DNA from: Haliotis rufescens
Taxonomy: Eukaryota
Reading direction: 5' to 3'
DNA: 64,000 bases
Assembly (NCBI RefSeq): GCF_023055435.1
Contig: NW_025963891.1
Coordinates: forward strand, 10,292,001 to 10,356,000
Part shown: positions 21,601 through 34,709 of the stretch, piece by piece
Layout of the letters: each line of letters begins with the position of its first letter
Position numbering within the stretch: the first letter of the stretch is position 1
Notes under the pieces: generated by a model
Database searches by the model: none
What the model was told of the DNA's origin: nothing
Seen by the model: only the letters and a program-made list of their open reading frames with translations
Made by a program: the position numbers and the translations under genes

Positions 21601-22880
21601 TGTTTCTTGATAGTATTTGACCTCATAACGGTTCTCGTCTCCCTGGGCAGAGTTGCGTCCTTTTGCTGCCAGGTTCCTTGTGGCCTGTGTTTGAATCTCA
21701 CTTTTACTACAATTATGACCCGTGGTCCGTTTTAGTTACATGGTTCCTTGCATATGATCACTGTACCTATACGCGTCGGTTTCACGAACAACCTGCTTCA
21801 CGTTGAGATCTGTCCTCACCTCATGCTGGCACTCCCTGCTGCAGTTGAAATATATATACTGATGGACATAAATAAGGGAGCACTTAGTTTCAGGCACTGA
21901 TATGATATGCTATCATTGGTTCCAGCCTTGTCTACCAAATACGCGTCGTAAACAATGCACACAAACACATCTCAACATTTGACTCTGACATTTATATACA
22001 ACACACATCATTGTTTTTTTTGTCATCTATGAAAATATATGACAGACCTTCACCTGTCTGAGAACAAAGACAGGCCTACACAGATCTGCTTGATGATTTG
22101 AACGTATTCTCGGAACAGTACAGTATAATGCATTTGTTTCTCAGGGACGCTGTGCTCAGGCAAATTGGCAGGCTAAGGGCCCATTGTAAATCAAATTTTA
22201 AAGTTTAAACTTTAACATATTAGTATTCAAAGTATCAGGCTTGTTCAAATAGCAGATAACTAGCATTTCTTTCTTTCTTACACTTGTAAGTTTTGGACTT
22301 CTGACATGGACAAATACACAAATATGGCTAAATTGAGTGAACATATTTATAACCTCAAAATCTAAGTATGATCAAATCCGTGACTCAAGGTGAATTGTGT
22401 ACCTTTGATTGTAATATTTCTATGTCCTTCTATAAAAATCAAAGACTCTTGTATTTTAATTCTTGTACAGCACAATTCTTGAAATATGCAGATTCTGTGG
22501 GTCAAAAGGGGCCCTCGTATTTAACATACCTTGCCCTTTGATTTAAATCCCGTTTACGTTTGGCAGCTAGTTCTGTTTTATAGGGTATATTAGTCTATCA
22601 TATAATATATGTATACTACAGACAAAAAATACGGCAACTGAAGAAATGATAGTGAAGGCCTAATGACGATTAATGACTGTAAAATTAATTTCGGGCCTGT
22701 AGATCAATAGCTGGTGTGTCCACCATGTTGGGCGATACATGCATGACACCTTGATGGCATACTGTAGATAACCTGTGTATGGTTGCCCCTGGTATTGCCC
22801 GCCATTCCGCCTGAAGAGCTACCCCAAACTGGGCCACGTTGGCGGGTACTGGGTCTCTGGCGTACACTCTCCGACCGAGA

Positions 22881-23160
22881 GTGAGTGAGTGAGTTGGGTT
22901 TAACACTGCTTTTAACAGTATTCCAGTATATCACGGCGTGTCAGCTTAATGTGGGAGGAAAGCCCGAAGTGATGCAGGTCTCAGACGTTTACCGCTTCGA
23001 TGAAACCCACGAGCACGGGTACGGTGCTGACAAACCTAGAAACATAATCGGGGCGAACCGGGATTCGAACCCACAATCATAGGTTTCTGGCGTGCTTAAG
23101 GGACGCAACTTTGCACAGCGAATCGCGGGGCCTTAGACGACTGGGCCACCCGTGTCCCCT
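22881..23160 (-). mobile_element. SINE family B, full length, inserted in the Tc1 transposase
   Basis: Reverse complement of the 40004-40284 copy; tRNA-like head and (actc)n tail. Confidence 0.9.
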
Positions 23161-23700
23161 CTTTGCCCGAGAATTTCCCACAGATGCTCTCATGGGGAGA
23201 CACGCAGCGAGTCAGTCCAATCTCCGTATGCCTTCTTGTCGTAGAAAATCGGTGACAACCTGAGAACGACGTGGCCTGGCATTGCCATCTTGCAGTTCAA
23301 ACTTTCTGCCGATAATTCCAGCGAATAGAACAACAACAGGACGCAAACCTTCGTCAACATTTCTCTAACCAGTCAAATGTTCATTCACAATAACCAAACC
23401 AGTTCGCCTGCCATGTGTGATACCGCCCAACACCATGACACTGCGACCCAATAGCTATTATGGTAAAAAATTGTTGCCCTTGCATACCACTCGCCGCTAC
23501 TTCGTCAACAACGTTTTCTGCCATCCATTGGCGCACAGTCCGTTCCTGGTGTTGCCTGGCCAATCTCAGTCTTTGCCGCCTGTGGTAAACTGTTAGGGTC
23601 ACGCCCTTCACAGGGCTCCGTGTTTTCAGGTGTGCTGTACAGAGCCGGTGTTTAACGGTAGATGTTGAAATTCGCCTTCCGGTCATTGTATGGAATTCTC

Positions 23701-24703
23701 AGTTGAAACTGAATATATTTATAAAATCACATAAGAAGAAAAGATTAACTCTAGCTATGAAAGAACTATTAACAACAGCAAATAATCTTATGTCTTCCGA
23801 AAAGAGGAAAAAACATTTACCAATAGATTGCACTATCAAGGTTTCTGGTGTAATTGTACTGCCATTAATTTTGTATGGTTGTGAAGTTTGGGGATATATA
23901 AGTAATAGAAAAATTCCTATTAAAATTTCTGAAGATAATAACTGGTTTTGGGAATTCTAGAATTCTAATAACTTCAACCGAAATTGGTTAAGATCATAAG
24001 TCAAATCTGTACTACGAGATCATTTTATACAACCACGGAGAAATGATACGTTCTCTAGTTTCGAGGGATTACTGTATTCATTATTTGTAAAGTCCCATTC
24101 TTTCGAAGGGGCGACGGGATATCCTAGTGGTAGCCTAGTGGTTAAAGTCCCCCGAACATCGGGTTCAATTCCCCACATGGGTACTGTGTGTGAATTTGTG
24201 GTGTTCCCCGCCGTGACATTGCTAAAAAGGGCGTAAACCCATACTCACTCACCATTCTTTCGTTAAATAGACTTGGCAATGCCTTATCTCAAATACAGAA
24301 CCTCGAATCATACATTTCTATAGAAACCGGCAGATGGCGGCGTGGTCGTCCCATTCAGGACAGAATATGTCGTTTGTGCGACGCTCCATCTTTTGCAGAT
24401 GCATTTAACTATGGATTTAAATGTCCTTATTTTAGCTCTCATATATGTAAGTATTTAAAGGAAAAGATTTTAGCGTATTTAAATATTCAGGTGTGTTATT
24501 CCCTACAAGACTAAACCATATCACGCAAATGTATTCGGTTATTCCCGCTACCATCAACACAAAAAAATGTTGGCTCCATGCCAGTATGCATGTGTCTGTC
24601 TTGCATCACGTGTAACTATTGTAACATTATTGAAAATAGTTGGTAAAATATGCTCTTGTACCACCGTGGGTGGTTTTGAGAATAAAATCACTTGACTTGA
24701 CTT
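23701..24703 (+). mobile_element. 5'-truncated LINE 3' end inserted in the Tc1 element
   Basis: VLPLILYGCEVWG and ETGRWR...DRICRLC motifs; ends aataaa followed by (cttga)n. Confidence 0.75.
24106..24251 (+). mobile_element. SINE family A inserted in the LINE fragment
   Basis: TSD ccattctttcg at 24095-24105 and 24252-24262. Confidence 0.85.
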
Positions 24704-25191
24704 CCCTTGATAACAGGAGCAGAGTTGCATCTATTGCGTAGTGCAATTAATGCAATGAGACGATCTTGTCTAGGTGTCGCTTTGTTAGGCCTGGCCCTCC
24801 CAGGTCTCCTTGCAACCCCACCCGTTCGACGATACTTGTCCCACAGTCGAGCAATTTCACTTTTTGATTTGTCAAACATTCCGGCAACTTGGAATATTGG
24901 CGTCCACCACTCTATCGTACCCACAATTCACCATTCTTTCTATTCAATGAGATATTGTCTCGGAAACATTAAAATTGTGCTTAGCTCAATTGCATTAGTG
25001 ATATAGCTCCCCTATAGGCGTACACACTTTGGCTTCCGTATGCACGTGCATCACGTGCTGTTCATGCAAGATGTGAAATTTCATTGTGATTAGATGTTGC
25101 GTTCAAATGCAACGCCACAGTATTGCAAATGTACACCACAATGATGGCTACATTCAAATCATTAGTTTCCTTATTTTGTGCCCGTAGTATA

Positions 25192-25318
25192 TACTACTCA
25201 AAAGAAGTTAAGGATCACCCGATTCTTTCATATTGGTAATGTTAATCTGTCATGGCTTGAGAGATTAACTATTGTAATATGAAAGAATCAGGTGATGGTT
25301 AACTTCTTTTGAGTAGTA
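25192..25318. mobile_element. Palindromic Tc1-type MITE (127 bp)
   Basis: tactactcaaaagaagttaa...ttaacttcttttgagtagta; nearly the whole element is a hairpin; TA on both sides. Confidence 0.85.
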
Positions 25319-26374
25319 TATATTTGAAGCCTAACTACGCAGAAACAAAATCTTAACTTCAAATCTCGCACTAATCACAAACGTCTAAAACAGCAGATAA
25401 TTGGCTCTGCGGATGATTAGCACAGTCCCTCTCTAAATGTTGTCTTGGAGTAGACCTGTTCGATATATACACTTTTTAAAATCTAATATTTTGATTAACA
25501 CATACATGTCACCACACATATAAAACAGTTTGCCATGGGTATTACACCACATGGTATTGGTAATAAACTCGGTCTTGGATGTAGAATTATACATATCTTG
25601 TTTAAAATACAGGGCCATCTTAAGAATGTATGTAGGTCAGATAGCACGTTTACTTATCTTTAATCTCTACGTACGCAGGCAAACGTACCTTTTGATTGCC
25701 ATGCAATCTAGACAGAGAAACAATGACGCTAATATTTAAACATTGATGGGATGTACCCGGTAGCCAGACAACCAACTAAACATCAAGCCTGGATGAGGAT
25801 GTAGCCAAGACGATGAATTGCTTCTTATCGATCGGCAAGAAAACTGCTCCGTGTGTGTACATAGGTATACTTTGAAAGGTATTATGATTCGTGAATAAAT
25901 TATGATTAATCGACTTCACGATAAACATGGCGTTCTCAATCGTTATGTCGCTGGTGGTTTCAAAATGGTATGCGTACATGTATAAAATCTTATACAATAT
26001 TAAATTCCAGATAACTAGAAGTTGCCCCTTATTAAACGCGGTGGTGATAAACATCATCTTTTAGAATCATCTGTGTTGGAATTTGGTTTCAAATATTAAT
26101 TATTAATGAACGCTCAGGTACTCTATATTCAATAACACCACAGAACTGAAATTACATACAATATGATGAATAATGTAAATACCAAAATATCTTGCACTTG
26201 TCTAACCACTCTATTTCTATGTCAACTTAAACACAAATGCTTCCGAACTCATGGGAGATTAATTTGAACGTCAGATTTTCTTTATTAATTGGAAAACATG
26301 ATGAATATTATTTTCCCATCTTGTGCTAAGAAAGGGATTTGCGGGTTCTATTCGACGTGGTCGTGTTAACAATA

Positions 26375-26613
26375 TTTGTTTGTTTGTTGTTTAACGCCGC
26401 ACTCAGCAATATTCCAGCTATATGACGGCGGTCTGTAAATAATCGAGTCTGGACCAGACAATCCAGTGATTGGCATCATGAGCATCGATCCACGCAATTG
26501 GGATACGATGACATGCATCAAGTCAGCGAGCGTGACCACCCGATCTCGTTACTCGCCTTTTACGGCAAGCATGGGTTGCTGAAGACCTATTCTACCCCGG
26601 ATCTTCACGGGTC
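26375..26613 (-). mobile_element. SINE-like family C, full length
   Basis: 5' end gacccgtgaagatccgggg on the minus strand; TSD taacaata at 26367-26374 and 26614-26621. Confidence 0.9.
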
Positions 26614-26763
26614 TAACAATAATCAGTTTGCAGCACAGCCCACATTTGTGTTTTACATTATGTAAGTTTATTTTATTCCCTGATCGTACTTCGAGGTGAA
26701 AAAGATTGTTACACAGCATATATTTTCATTTTATACTGAGATGAACTTCCTCTGTCTCCAATA

Positions 26764-26933
26764 CAGTAAACTACGGCCATGACGAACTCAAAGGGACCTC
26801 TAATTTCAGTTCGTAATAACCGTAGTGCGGTATAAGCATATACATGTATACAACAAATGGCCGGGACTAAAAGATAAGTTCGTTATATCGGTCAGTTCGT
26901 TATAAGCGTGTTTGTTATAAACGTAGTTTACTG
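26764..26933. mobile_element. Tc1/pogo-type MITE
   Basis: TIR cagtaaactacg / cgtagtttactg, TA TSD, internal gttcgttata repeats; second copy at 63777. Confidence 0.85.
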
Positions 26934-27391
26934 TATCTGATTATCTGGTGGGGTCATTGATTTTTTTTTTAAAATTTCCCAGTAACGGTTAACCGCAATA
27001 CTTGAATATCTGGATAGAAGAAATGTTCCTTAAAACAAAAAGGACTGTGAACCTCTTGGAGTATGTGTATACATCCAATATATTCAAAGCAGCATTAAAC
27101 ACAACTCTCTCACTGTTGCATCCATCGCGACATTAACAACTGGAGTGAGTGAGCCAGTGTCATGTGTATAACGGAGCTTTCAACATAAATAGACGGGCAA
27201 GAATATTGTACACTTAAATACTGGATATGACAAAAACATTATACTATAAACATCATCAAAACGTTACTGGTCTGTAAACAGTCGCCGAAACATTGAAAAC
27301 AAAACAACGCCAAAACACAACTGTGATACCCGTCTCAAATACATCACCATCAAATATGCATGTCGTGTTTGTGTCATTTTAGCCAACATCA

Positions 27392-27561
27392 GTGAGTGGG
27401 TGAGTGAGTATGGTTTTACGCCGCTTTTAGCAATATTCCAGCAATATCACGGCGGGGGACACCAGAAATGGGCTTCACACATTGTACCCATGTCGGGAAT
27501 CGAACCCGGGTCTTCGGCGTGGCGAGCCAACGCTTTAACCACTAGGCTACCCGACCGCCCC
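27392..27561 (-). mobile_element. SINE family A, young full-length copy
   Basis: Perfect 13-bp TSD ttagccaacatca at 27379-27391 and 27562-27574. Confidence 0.92.
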
Positions 27562-27823
27562 TTAGCCAACATCAAACATGGGTGTATACTGTCTTTTGCC
27601 TGGCTGTTAACTTGGGGCATGCTGGAATTAGATAATCTTGAAACCCTTTTTGATATTAGGCAACTTCTCTCTTTTCTCGACATTCAAATATGTGAAACTA
27701 TTATGATTTATTAAACCTTAATGAAAAGGCCATCACATTGTGCACAATTGAATAAATTAGTCACCATTCTAAAACAATTATTCCATAGCAGTTAAATGAG
27801 CATATAGACATGTCGATATATGA

Positions 27824-27990
27824 ATGAGTGAGTGAGTGAGTGAGTGAGTATGGTTTTAGCAATATTCCAGCAATATCACGGCGGGGGACACCAGAAATGG
27901 GCTTCACACATTGTACCCATGTCGGGAATCGAACCCGGGTCTTCGGCGTTACGAGCGAACGCTTTAACCACTAGGCTACCCGACCGCCCC
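27824..27990 (-). mobile_element. SINE family A, young copy
   Basis: Perfect 13-bp TSD tgtcgatatatga at 27811-27823 and 27991-28003; 11-bp deletion in the tail. Confidence 0.92.
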
Positions 27991-28314
27991 TGTCGATATA
28001 TGAGACACGCCTACCTACTCAATGGACAATATTGTTTAGTAACAGTGATAGAGATTCGGTGATCGTGTGTTCGAATCCCAGAAACTTCCTCATGATCCTC
28101 AGTTGGATTATCAGATTTATAACCGTGTACGTGGTTTCGCCAAAAGGGATACCCCTCATATTGAACCAAAGCAGCGTAAAACTCAACTTACTCATTCACG
28201 AAAGGCAACAAGCATTTTCAAAATAAAATAAATTTAACCTTATGAAATGAATAATAATTTAACATCCCATTGTGTTTAGAATTAGCGCTATACAAATGTG
28301 CATGTTTTATAATT

Positions 28315-28545
28315 CCCCGTGAAGACCAATATAAAATAGTTTCACCAACCCATGTTTGTCGTAAGAGGCGAATAACGGGATCGGGTTGTCGTTGGCTTGG
28401 TTGATGCATGCTTTCGTATCCCAATTGCATGGATCGATGCTCATGATGCTAATCACTGGATTGTCTGGCAAAGACTCCATTGTTTACAGACCGCTGTCAT
28501 ACAGTTGGAATATTGCTGAGTGTGGCGTTAAACAAAGAAATATTA
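28315..28545 (+). mobile_element. SINE-like family C (diverged)
   Basis: cccgtgaagacc...catgtttgtcgtaagaggcgaataacgggatcggg...gttggaatattgctgagtgtggcgttaaac. Confidence 0.8.
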
Positions 28546-30064
28546 TCTTCATTAACCTCCTGCATCTGGCATTTTGGCCCAAGTAATCCCTGTAACAAAA
28601 TGCAAGAATCATTTGACATGATAAGAACACCTTATGACGTCACATGATAATCAAGATGTAATGAACCGTAACAGTCATTGTTGGTTTCATGCAACGACAT
28701 CTGGAGACACGTGCAATTACGTCATCCGTGCTGTGTCAGCTGGACATATATAACAATGACAATAACAAGCACCATGCGGCTGCGGACAACAGTCAGAGGT
28801 CACCGTGGGATGACCTACAGGTGGACATGTTCATTTGTCTTGATGGGGAAGGGAGCATAAAGAATGATAGTAATTTTCTTTTTTTCATTTTTAGCCACCA
28901 TCAAACATGGGTGCATACTTTCTTCTACCCGGCAGTTTATAACCATCCTCCGGTTTCAAGCGGTAAGAAGTGGTTGCTTGTATGGAATATTTGTGTTGCA
29001 ATAAATACTTTTCCAACTCATAGTAGGGTTTAAACAAATATAATTTGCTTTTTGACGACAGGATTATTCGCAATGCCAATTTGAGTAACTTATCCTTCAT
29101 TAATAGCAGTGTTGTCATGTACAGGTTGTTGTTTTCCACAAATAACCTGTCTAATTGACTTTTTGGCGCGTTCTCGTGTTTGATAGAAATAAAAACCTCT
29201 TAAACATATTTTTTCGTTAAGCATAGAATTTTATGGTACGTAGAATAATACAAATGCAGTTGAAGATGATATGTGTGTTAGAAAAGTGTATGTATATAGT
29301 TCAAGCCAGTCAATCGTTATTCAAAATGTCCTACAACAAAATACCTCTCTCCTATTGACCGGTTTGTACCAAGTATACGTGTTACCATGTAACGCCCTCC
29401 AATCAATAACCATACGGCAACTCGATACCACGACACACAAAGACCCCCCTTGTCACGTCGCAGTGTCCAAGGCAAGTCTGGCACCGGCCCAATAAACATA
29501 TCTCAAAGAAAATGAGATAAAGACTTACAGAATTAAAGCACTACCTATGGTTTGGTGTGTATTGATTTCCTTCTTGGTTGGGAGTTTGGAGACAATTAAA
29601 GAAATATACTTGGAGTGGAGTATTGTTTGAAATATCGTTTTTATGCAGTCTTCTTACGTTGAGCTGTCTTGTTAAAACATTGCACGTCTTAGACACTATA
29701 AACTAGAGAGCACAGAAATTTCTTTGAAAGTGTTCGGTGGTCGATGAGTCCTAAAACAGTCTATGTATATTGTCAATGTAAAAGAAAAACTTACATATGT
29801 TAAAAAACTTCAAAATATATTGTTAAATTATATTAAAATTATAAAATTGAATTATAAAAAAAACGGGACGTGTGCCTACATCAGTGACTAATATATCCTC
29901 TTGACAAAAAAACAAACAAGTTGAAAATAAGATATTGTGTAGATCTTATGCATACACCGACTGTACATTTCGAAACAATGTGTGCTATGAAGTTGTAGGA
30001 GATGATATGGGCACGAACGCTATTTTAACTACAATTTAATAATGCGACGCTATTCTATACTTTT

Positions 30065-30067
<3 letters not shown>

Positions 30068-30129
<62 letters not shown>

Positions 30130-30850
30130 AACGGACACACACAGATACACATAGCGACACACACACATGTACACATATCAAAACACAGAGACACACACAC
30201 ACATACGTATAGCGAACCACACAGAGACACANNNNNNNNNNNNNNNNNNNNNNNNNNNNNNNNNNNNNNNNNNNNNNNNNNNNNNNNNNNNNNNNNNNNN
30301 NNNNNNNNNNNNNNNNNNNNNNNNNNNNNNNNNNNNNNNNNNNNNNNNNNNNNNNNNNNNNNNNNNNNNNNNNNNNNNNNNNNNNNNNNNNNNNNNNNNN
30401 NCAGACACACATATATACACATACTGAAACACACATATACNNNNNNNNNNNNNNNNNNNNNNNNNNNNNNNNNNNNNNNNNNNNNNNNNNNNNNNNNNNN
30501 NNNNNNNNNNNNNNNNNNNNNNNNNNNNNNNNNNNNNNNNNNNNNNNNNNNNNNNNNNNNNNNNNNNNNNNNNNNNNNNNNNNNNNNNNATATACACATA
30601 GCGAAACACACATACAGACACATATATACACATAGCGAAACACACATAGCGAAACACACATATACACATAGCGAAACACACAGAGACACATACACAGACA
30701 CAGAGCAAAACACACGCACATATCCACGTACATTGCGAAACACACACAGACACATACACAGACACAGAGCAAAACACACGCACATATACATGTATATAGA
30801 GAAACACACACATACACAGACACACGCATATACACATAGCGAAACAGACA
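30068..30850. repeat. (GA)n microsatellite and CA-rich compound repeat containing two assembly gaps (30232-30401, 30441-30589)
   Basis: About 30 GA units, then cacatagcgaaacaca-type low-complexity repeats. Confidence 0.95.
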
Positions 30851-31044
30851 TTGTGTTGTGTGGACATTTATTTGTGCTGCAAAGTCCATGAAAACACTCT
30901 ACCGCCAATCAGTCATTGAGGATTGCGATTGGCCGGGTCGGAAGACCCCGTCTGATTGTAACCTACAGGACTGGCATGCTTTATCACGATCCTTGGTCAT
31001 CAGACAGCTTTGTGAGACCCTTCTTCGTCCCCGAGTCAAAAGAT

Positions 31045-32035
31045 TGGAAGATAGGTGGAACGGTAGAGAGACAAACAGGCAGTTGTATGTAGATAGGTGG
31101 GACGGTAGAGAGACAAACAGACAGTTGTAGGTCGATAGGTGTGACGGTAGAGAGACAAACAGACAGTTGTAGGTAGATAGGTGTGACGGTAGAGAGACAA
31201 ACAGACAGTTGTATGTAGATAGGTGGGACGGTGGAGAGACAAACAGACAGTTGTAGGTAGATAGGTGTGACGGTAGAGAGACAAACAGGCAGGTGTAGGT
31301 AGATGGGTGTGACGGTAGAGAGACAAACAGGCAGTTGTAGGTAGATAGGTTTGACGGTAGAGAGACAAACGGACAGTTGTAGGTCGATAGATGTGACGGT
31401 AGAGAGACAAACAGACAGGTGTAGGTAGATAGGTGGGACGGTAGAGAGGCAAACTGACAGTTGTATGTAGATAGGTGTGACGGTAGAGAGACAACGGGCA
31501 GTTGTAGGTAGATAGGTGTGACGGTAGAGAGACAGACAGACAGTTGTAGGTAGATAGGTGTGACGGTAGAGAGACAGACAGACAGTTGTAGGTAGATAGG
31601 TGTGACGGTAGAGAGACAGACAGACAGTTGTATGTAGATAGGTGTGACGGTAGAGAGACAACGGGCAGTTGTAGGTAGATAGGTGTGACGGTAGAGAGAC
31701 AGACAGACAGTTGTAGGTAGATAGGTGTGACGGTAGAGAGACAAACAGGCAGTTGTAGGTAGATGGGTGGGACGGTAGAGAGACAGACAGACAGTTGTAG
31801 GTAGATAGGTGTGACGGTAGAGAGACAGACAGACAGTTGTAGGTAGATAGGTGTGACGGTAGAGAGACAGACAGACAGTTGTAGGTAGATAGGTGTGACG
31901 GTAGAGAGAAAAACAGGCAGATGTAGGTAGATAGGTGTGACGGTAGAGAGACAAACAGACAGTTGTAGGTCGATATGTGTGATGGTAGAGAGACAAAGAG
32001 CATTTGTAGGTAGATAGATGTGACGGTAGAAAGAC
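31045..32035. repeat. 42-bp minisatellite (~23 copies)
   Basis: Unit agataggtgtgacggtagagagacaaacagacagttgtaggt; 14-aa periodicity in the spurious ORFs. Confidence 0.95.
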
Positions 32036-32786
32036 GAACAAATAAACAGATGGATGGACGGACGAACAGTTGTAGATAGATAGAAAGGTCGGTAGAAAGG
32101 AAAACAGACAGATGGATGGACTGGCGGACAGGTTTAGATAGATAATGTATATATAAATAGATATAGCGGAGTTGGTAGATTTTTGCCTTCATAATTCAAA
32201 CTGTTAGGGTGAGCTACGCTGACATGTACAGCTTAATCAGCACAGCCATTGCGTTCTGACGTTGCTTCAACTGTATGTATTTGATTTGATCATTTCTGGT
32301 TTCTGCGGGTCTGACAAATGGGAAATTGAATGTCGATAAACAGCTAAACATTCCATGTCAGATAACAGTCAGAAAATAGTCTAAAGCACACTGGGGTCCC
32401 AGTGTAAGGCAATTGGCGTCGTTCTCGTTGGGGGTCTTATAGCGATCCGCTTATAGTGTCCGACTGAGAGAGAGAGATTTGGCCACATTGACGTATATGG
32501 AAGCGGTACCGGGGACCTTCCTTAACGCTTCCCTCCATTTCAATCTCAGAGTGATTTTTGTCACCACAAAGTGAATATGAAATGTCTCCATTATGTTTGT
32601 TCTTAGGTATTTCGATCAATTTATTTATAATATTTTTTACACTGACATGTAGCTATAAATAAATGCAACTCAATTTCCGGAAACTTGAATGAGCAGTCTA
32701 TGTGTTCCAAACACGATGCTGCGAAATTCTTGAGAACACGCGGAATAATTAATTTTTCACGTTGGGTTTTCTTTTCATCTCGATAA

Positions 32787-32947
32787 GGGGGTGGTGGGGT
32801 AGTCAAATGGTTAAAGCGTTTGCTCGTCACGTCGAAGACCCGGGTTCAATTCCCCTCATAGGTACAATGTGTGAAGCCAATTTACGGTGTCCCCGCCGTG
32901 ATATTGCTGGAATATTGCTAAAAACGGCGTAAAACCATACTCACTCA
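32787..32947 (+). mobile_element. SINE family A
   Basis: Full family A head, body and tail. Confidence 0.85.
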
Positions 32948-32957
32948 CATCGAAAAA

Positions 32958-33170
32958 TGTTTGTTTGTTTGTTGTTTAACGTCTCACTCAGCTATATTCA
33001 AGCTATGTGGCGTCAACCTGTACATAATCGAATCTGGACCAAATAAACCAGTGATTGATAGTATGAGCCACGTGCCACGCAATAAACCAAGACACCGATC
33101 GAGTGACTGAGTGAGTACCCGATTTAGGCATTCCAGGCATTGGCTGCTATATTCTACCCCGGAATCCAAG
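32958..33170 (-). mobile_element. SINE-like family C (internally deleted)
   Basis: (tgtt)n tail, tctggacca...ccagtgattga, and attctaccccgga head. Confidence 0.7.
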
Positions 33171-33348
33171 AATCCCTGTACATGACTGAAATATATAACA
33201 ACAGTCCACCCCGTGAATCCTGTGGGTGTGTGTATCGCGGAATGTGAAAAAAGACAGGCGACTCTTGGTTTTGCTGAGTATTTACACTCACGGAGAGTAA
33301 GTGGAGGGACATATGTCTTCCACTGAATCTATGGAATTTAGCGCGTTA

Positions 33349-33382
<34 letters not shown>

Positions 33383-34457
33383 AATATACGTTGGGTTTAA
33401 CTACGTTATGAATACCATTAGGTCCACTATTCAAATCAGTTAAGTCTATGTCAAAGACAAAGAAGACAAAGTGGTTAAAAAAGTGATGCTAATTAGTTAA
33501 AATATGGAAGATTTTAACCGAACGTGTGATCCTCGTCCCAGACCGAATGCGAAAACGTTCAACAACATAATTATAAAAAATAAATCGTCAATACAAGAGA
33601 ATAACCAGTCTAGATGATCCATCTATAACTGGATTAAAGTTTGGTAGAAAGGGCAAAATAGAATGGAAAATAATATGAATGGACAGTGAAAATCTGTGAT
33701 GACACCAGGTGTTCGCGAAAAGGGTAAACATGTCCTGCCCTACCTGTAAGCACCGCCATTCACACACTTTGCATAAAAAATGTAAGTATTTTTTTCCTGA
33801 TTCCGCACAGCAGTACTCTGCCTTGCGAGTGCGGCCTGTAATCAAACCAGGCAATCAAGTGCATGATCGGTGTACCAGAAAACATAGTGACGCGATTGTG
33901 TACTTTTTGTTGAAACTTATAAACACTATATGTTAATTTTACGTCTGCTGTATTCAAGTGCAGAGATTCTGTTTGTGTGGAGGAGTTTTAATGTTTCGGA
34001 CCAAACATTTTTTAGAAATTGACTCAGATAAATGCGATAGATGACTTCATGTGTTTTCATGTATTTTTGAAGCAAAACATCTAAAATATGATGTCAGATT
34101 TAAGATTTTTCCACCTTATTTTAACATAGGTGTGTTTGTGAGTTGTCGAAAAATTGATTTTGTAACCGGTTTGTGTGGAACTAAACTGTCCGAGGAGTGG
34201 TAGTACGTATACGGCACTGTATTCTTAAACCGGTTCGAAATCTTCCAACTACGCATTAAGTTCTTCATTGTATTGCAAGCTTTTGCGACAGAAAAGTTCA
34301 TTGTTCCTGTTTTATAACATCGTATGTGTTTCTGGGCCTATTGCTATCTGAGCAGGCCCAGTCTATCTGGTTTTAGCTGGATGGGAAATGAAATCAATCG
34401 AACGTTTCAGGACGAGCACTGTGGGGGCTCTTGTCCAATCAACACGTTGTTGTCGTA

Positions 34458-34483
34458 TGACGTCATGCAATTTCCGCCATGTT
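34458..34483 (+). promoter_or_regulatory. Putative PKD2 proximal promoter: CRE (TGACGTCA) and YY1-like motif (CCGCCATGTT)
   Basis: Motifs at 34458-34465 and 34474-34483, about 230-250 bp upstream of the ATG in a CpG-richer stretch. Confidence 0.45.
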
Positions 34484-34709
34484 GCTGAGAAAGTTGTGAG
34501 CCCAAAACTTTTATCGATCTGTCAAACAGCATCGGTAGCTGATATTCGCGCATCTTCTCAGTCTCCACCTTGCGGGCGCGTCGACCACAAGCTTCTGAGT
34601 GGTACTCGCTAAATTTGGGACATATCGTCCCCCCTTGTCAAACTCCGTCCATATAGAATCTGTTCACCTTTTGTGAAACTTTACGTGCTTGTAAATTCGT
34701 GATAGTGTG

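Larger units (their letters stand above)
22614..25189 (-). mobile_element. Full-span degraded Tc1/mariner transposon containing nested SINE and LINE insertions
   Basis: TIRs tactacagacaaaaaatacggcaact and agtttccttattttgtgcccgtagta, flanked by TA. Transposase pieces RRPGRARPNKATPRQDR, TGRRISTSTVKHRL, QDGNARP and ALQAEWRAIP occur in the correct order. Confidence 0.85.

Noticed and set aside
27392-27990. tRNA-like sequences (A/B boxes, GTC loop) as tRNA genes
   Set aside because: No acceptor stem. They continue into a shared SINE body and tail and are flanked by TSDs, so they are SINE heads.
30036-32192. Long ORFs of 150-400 aa in the ORF track
   Set aside because: Translations of micro/minisatellites and N gaps, open in several frames.
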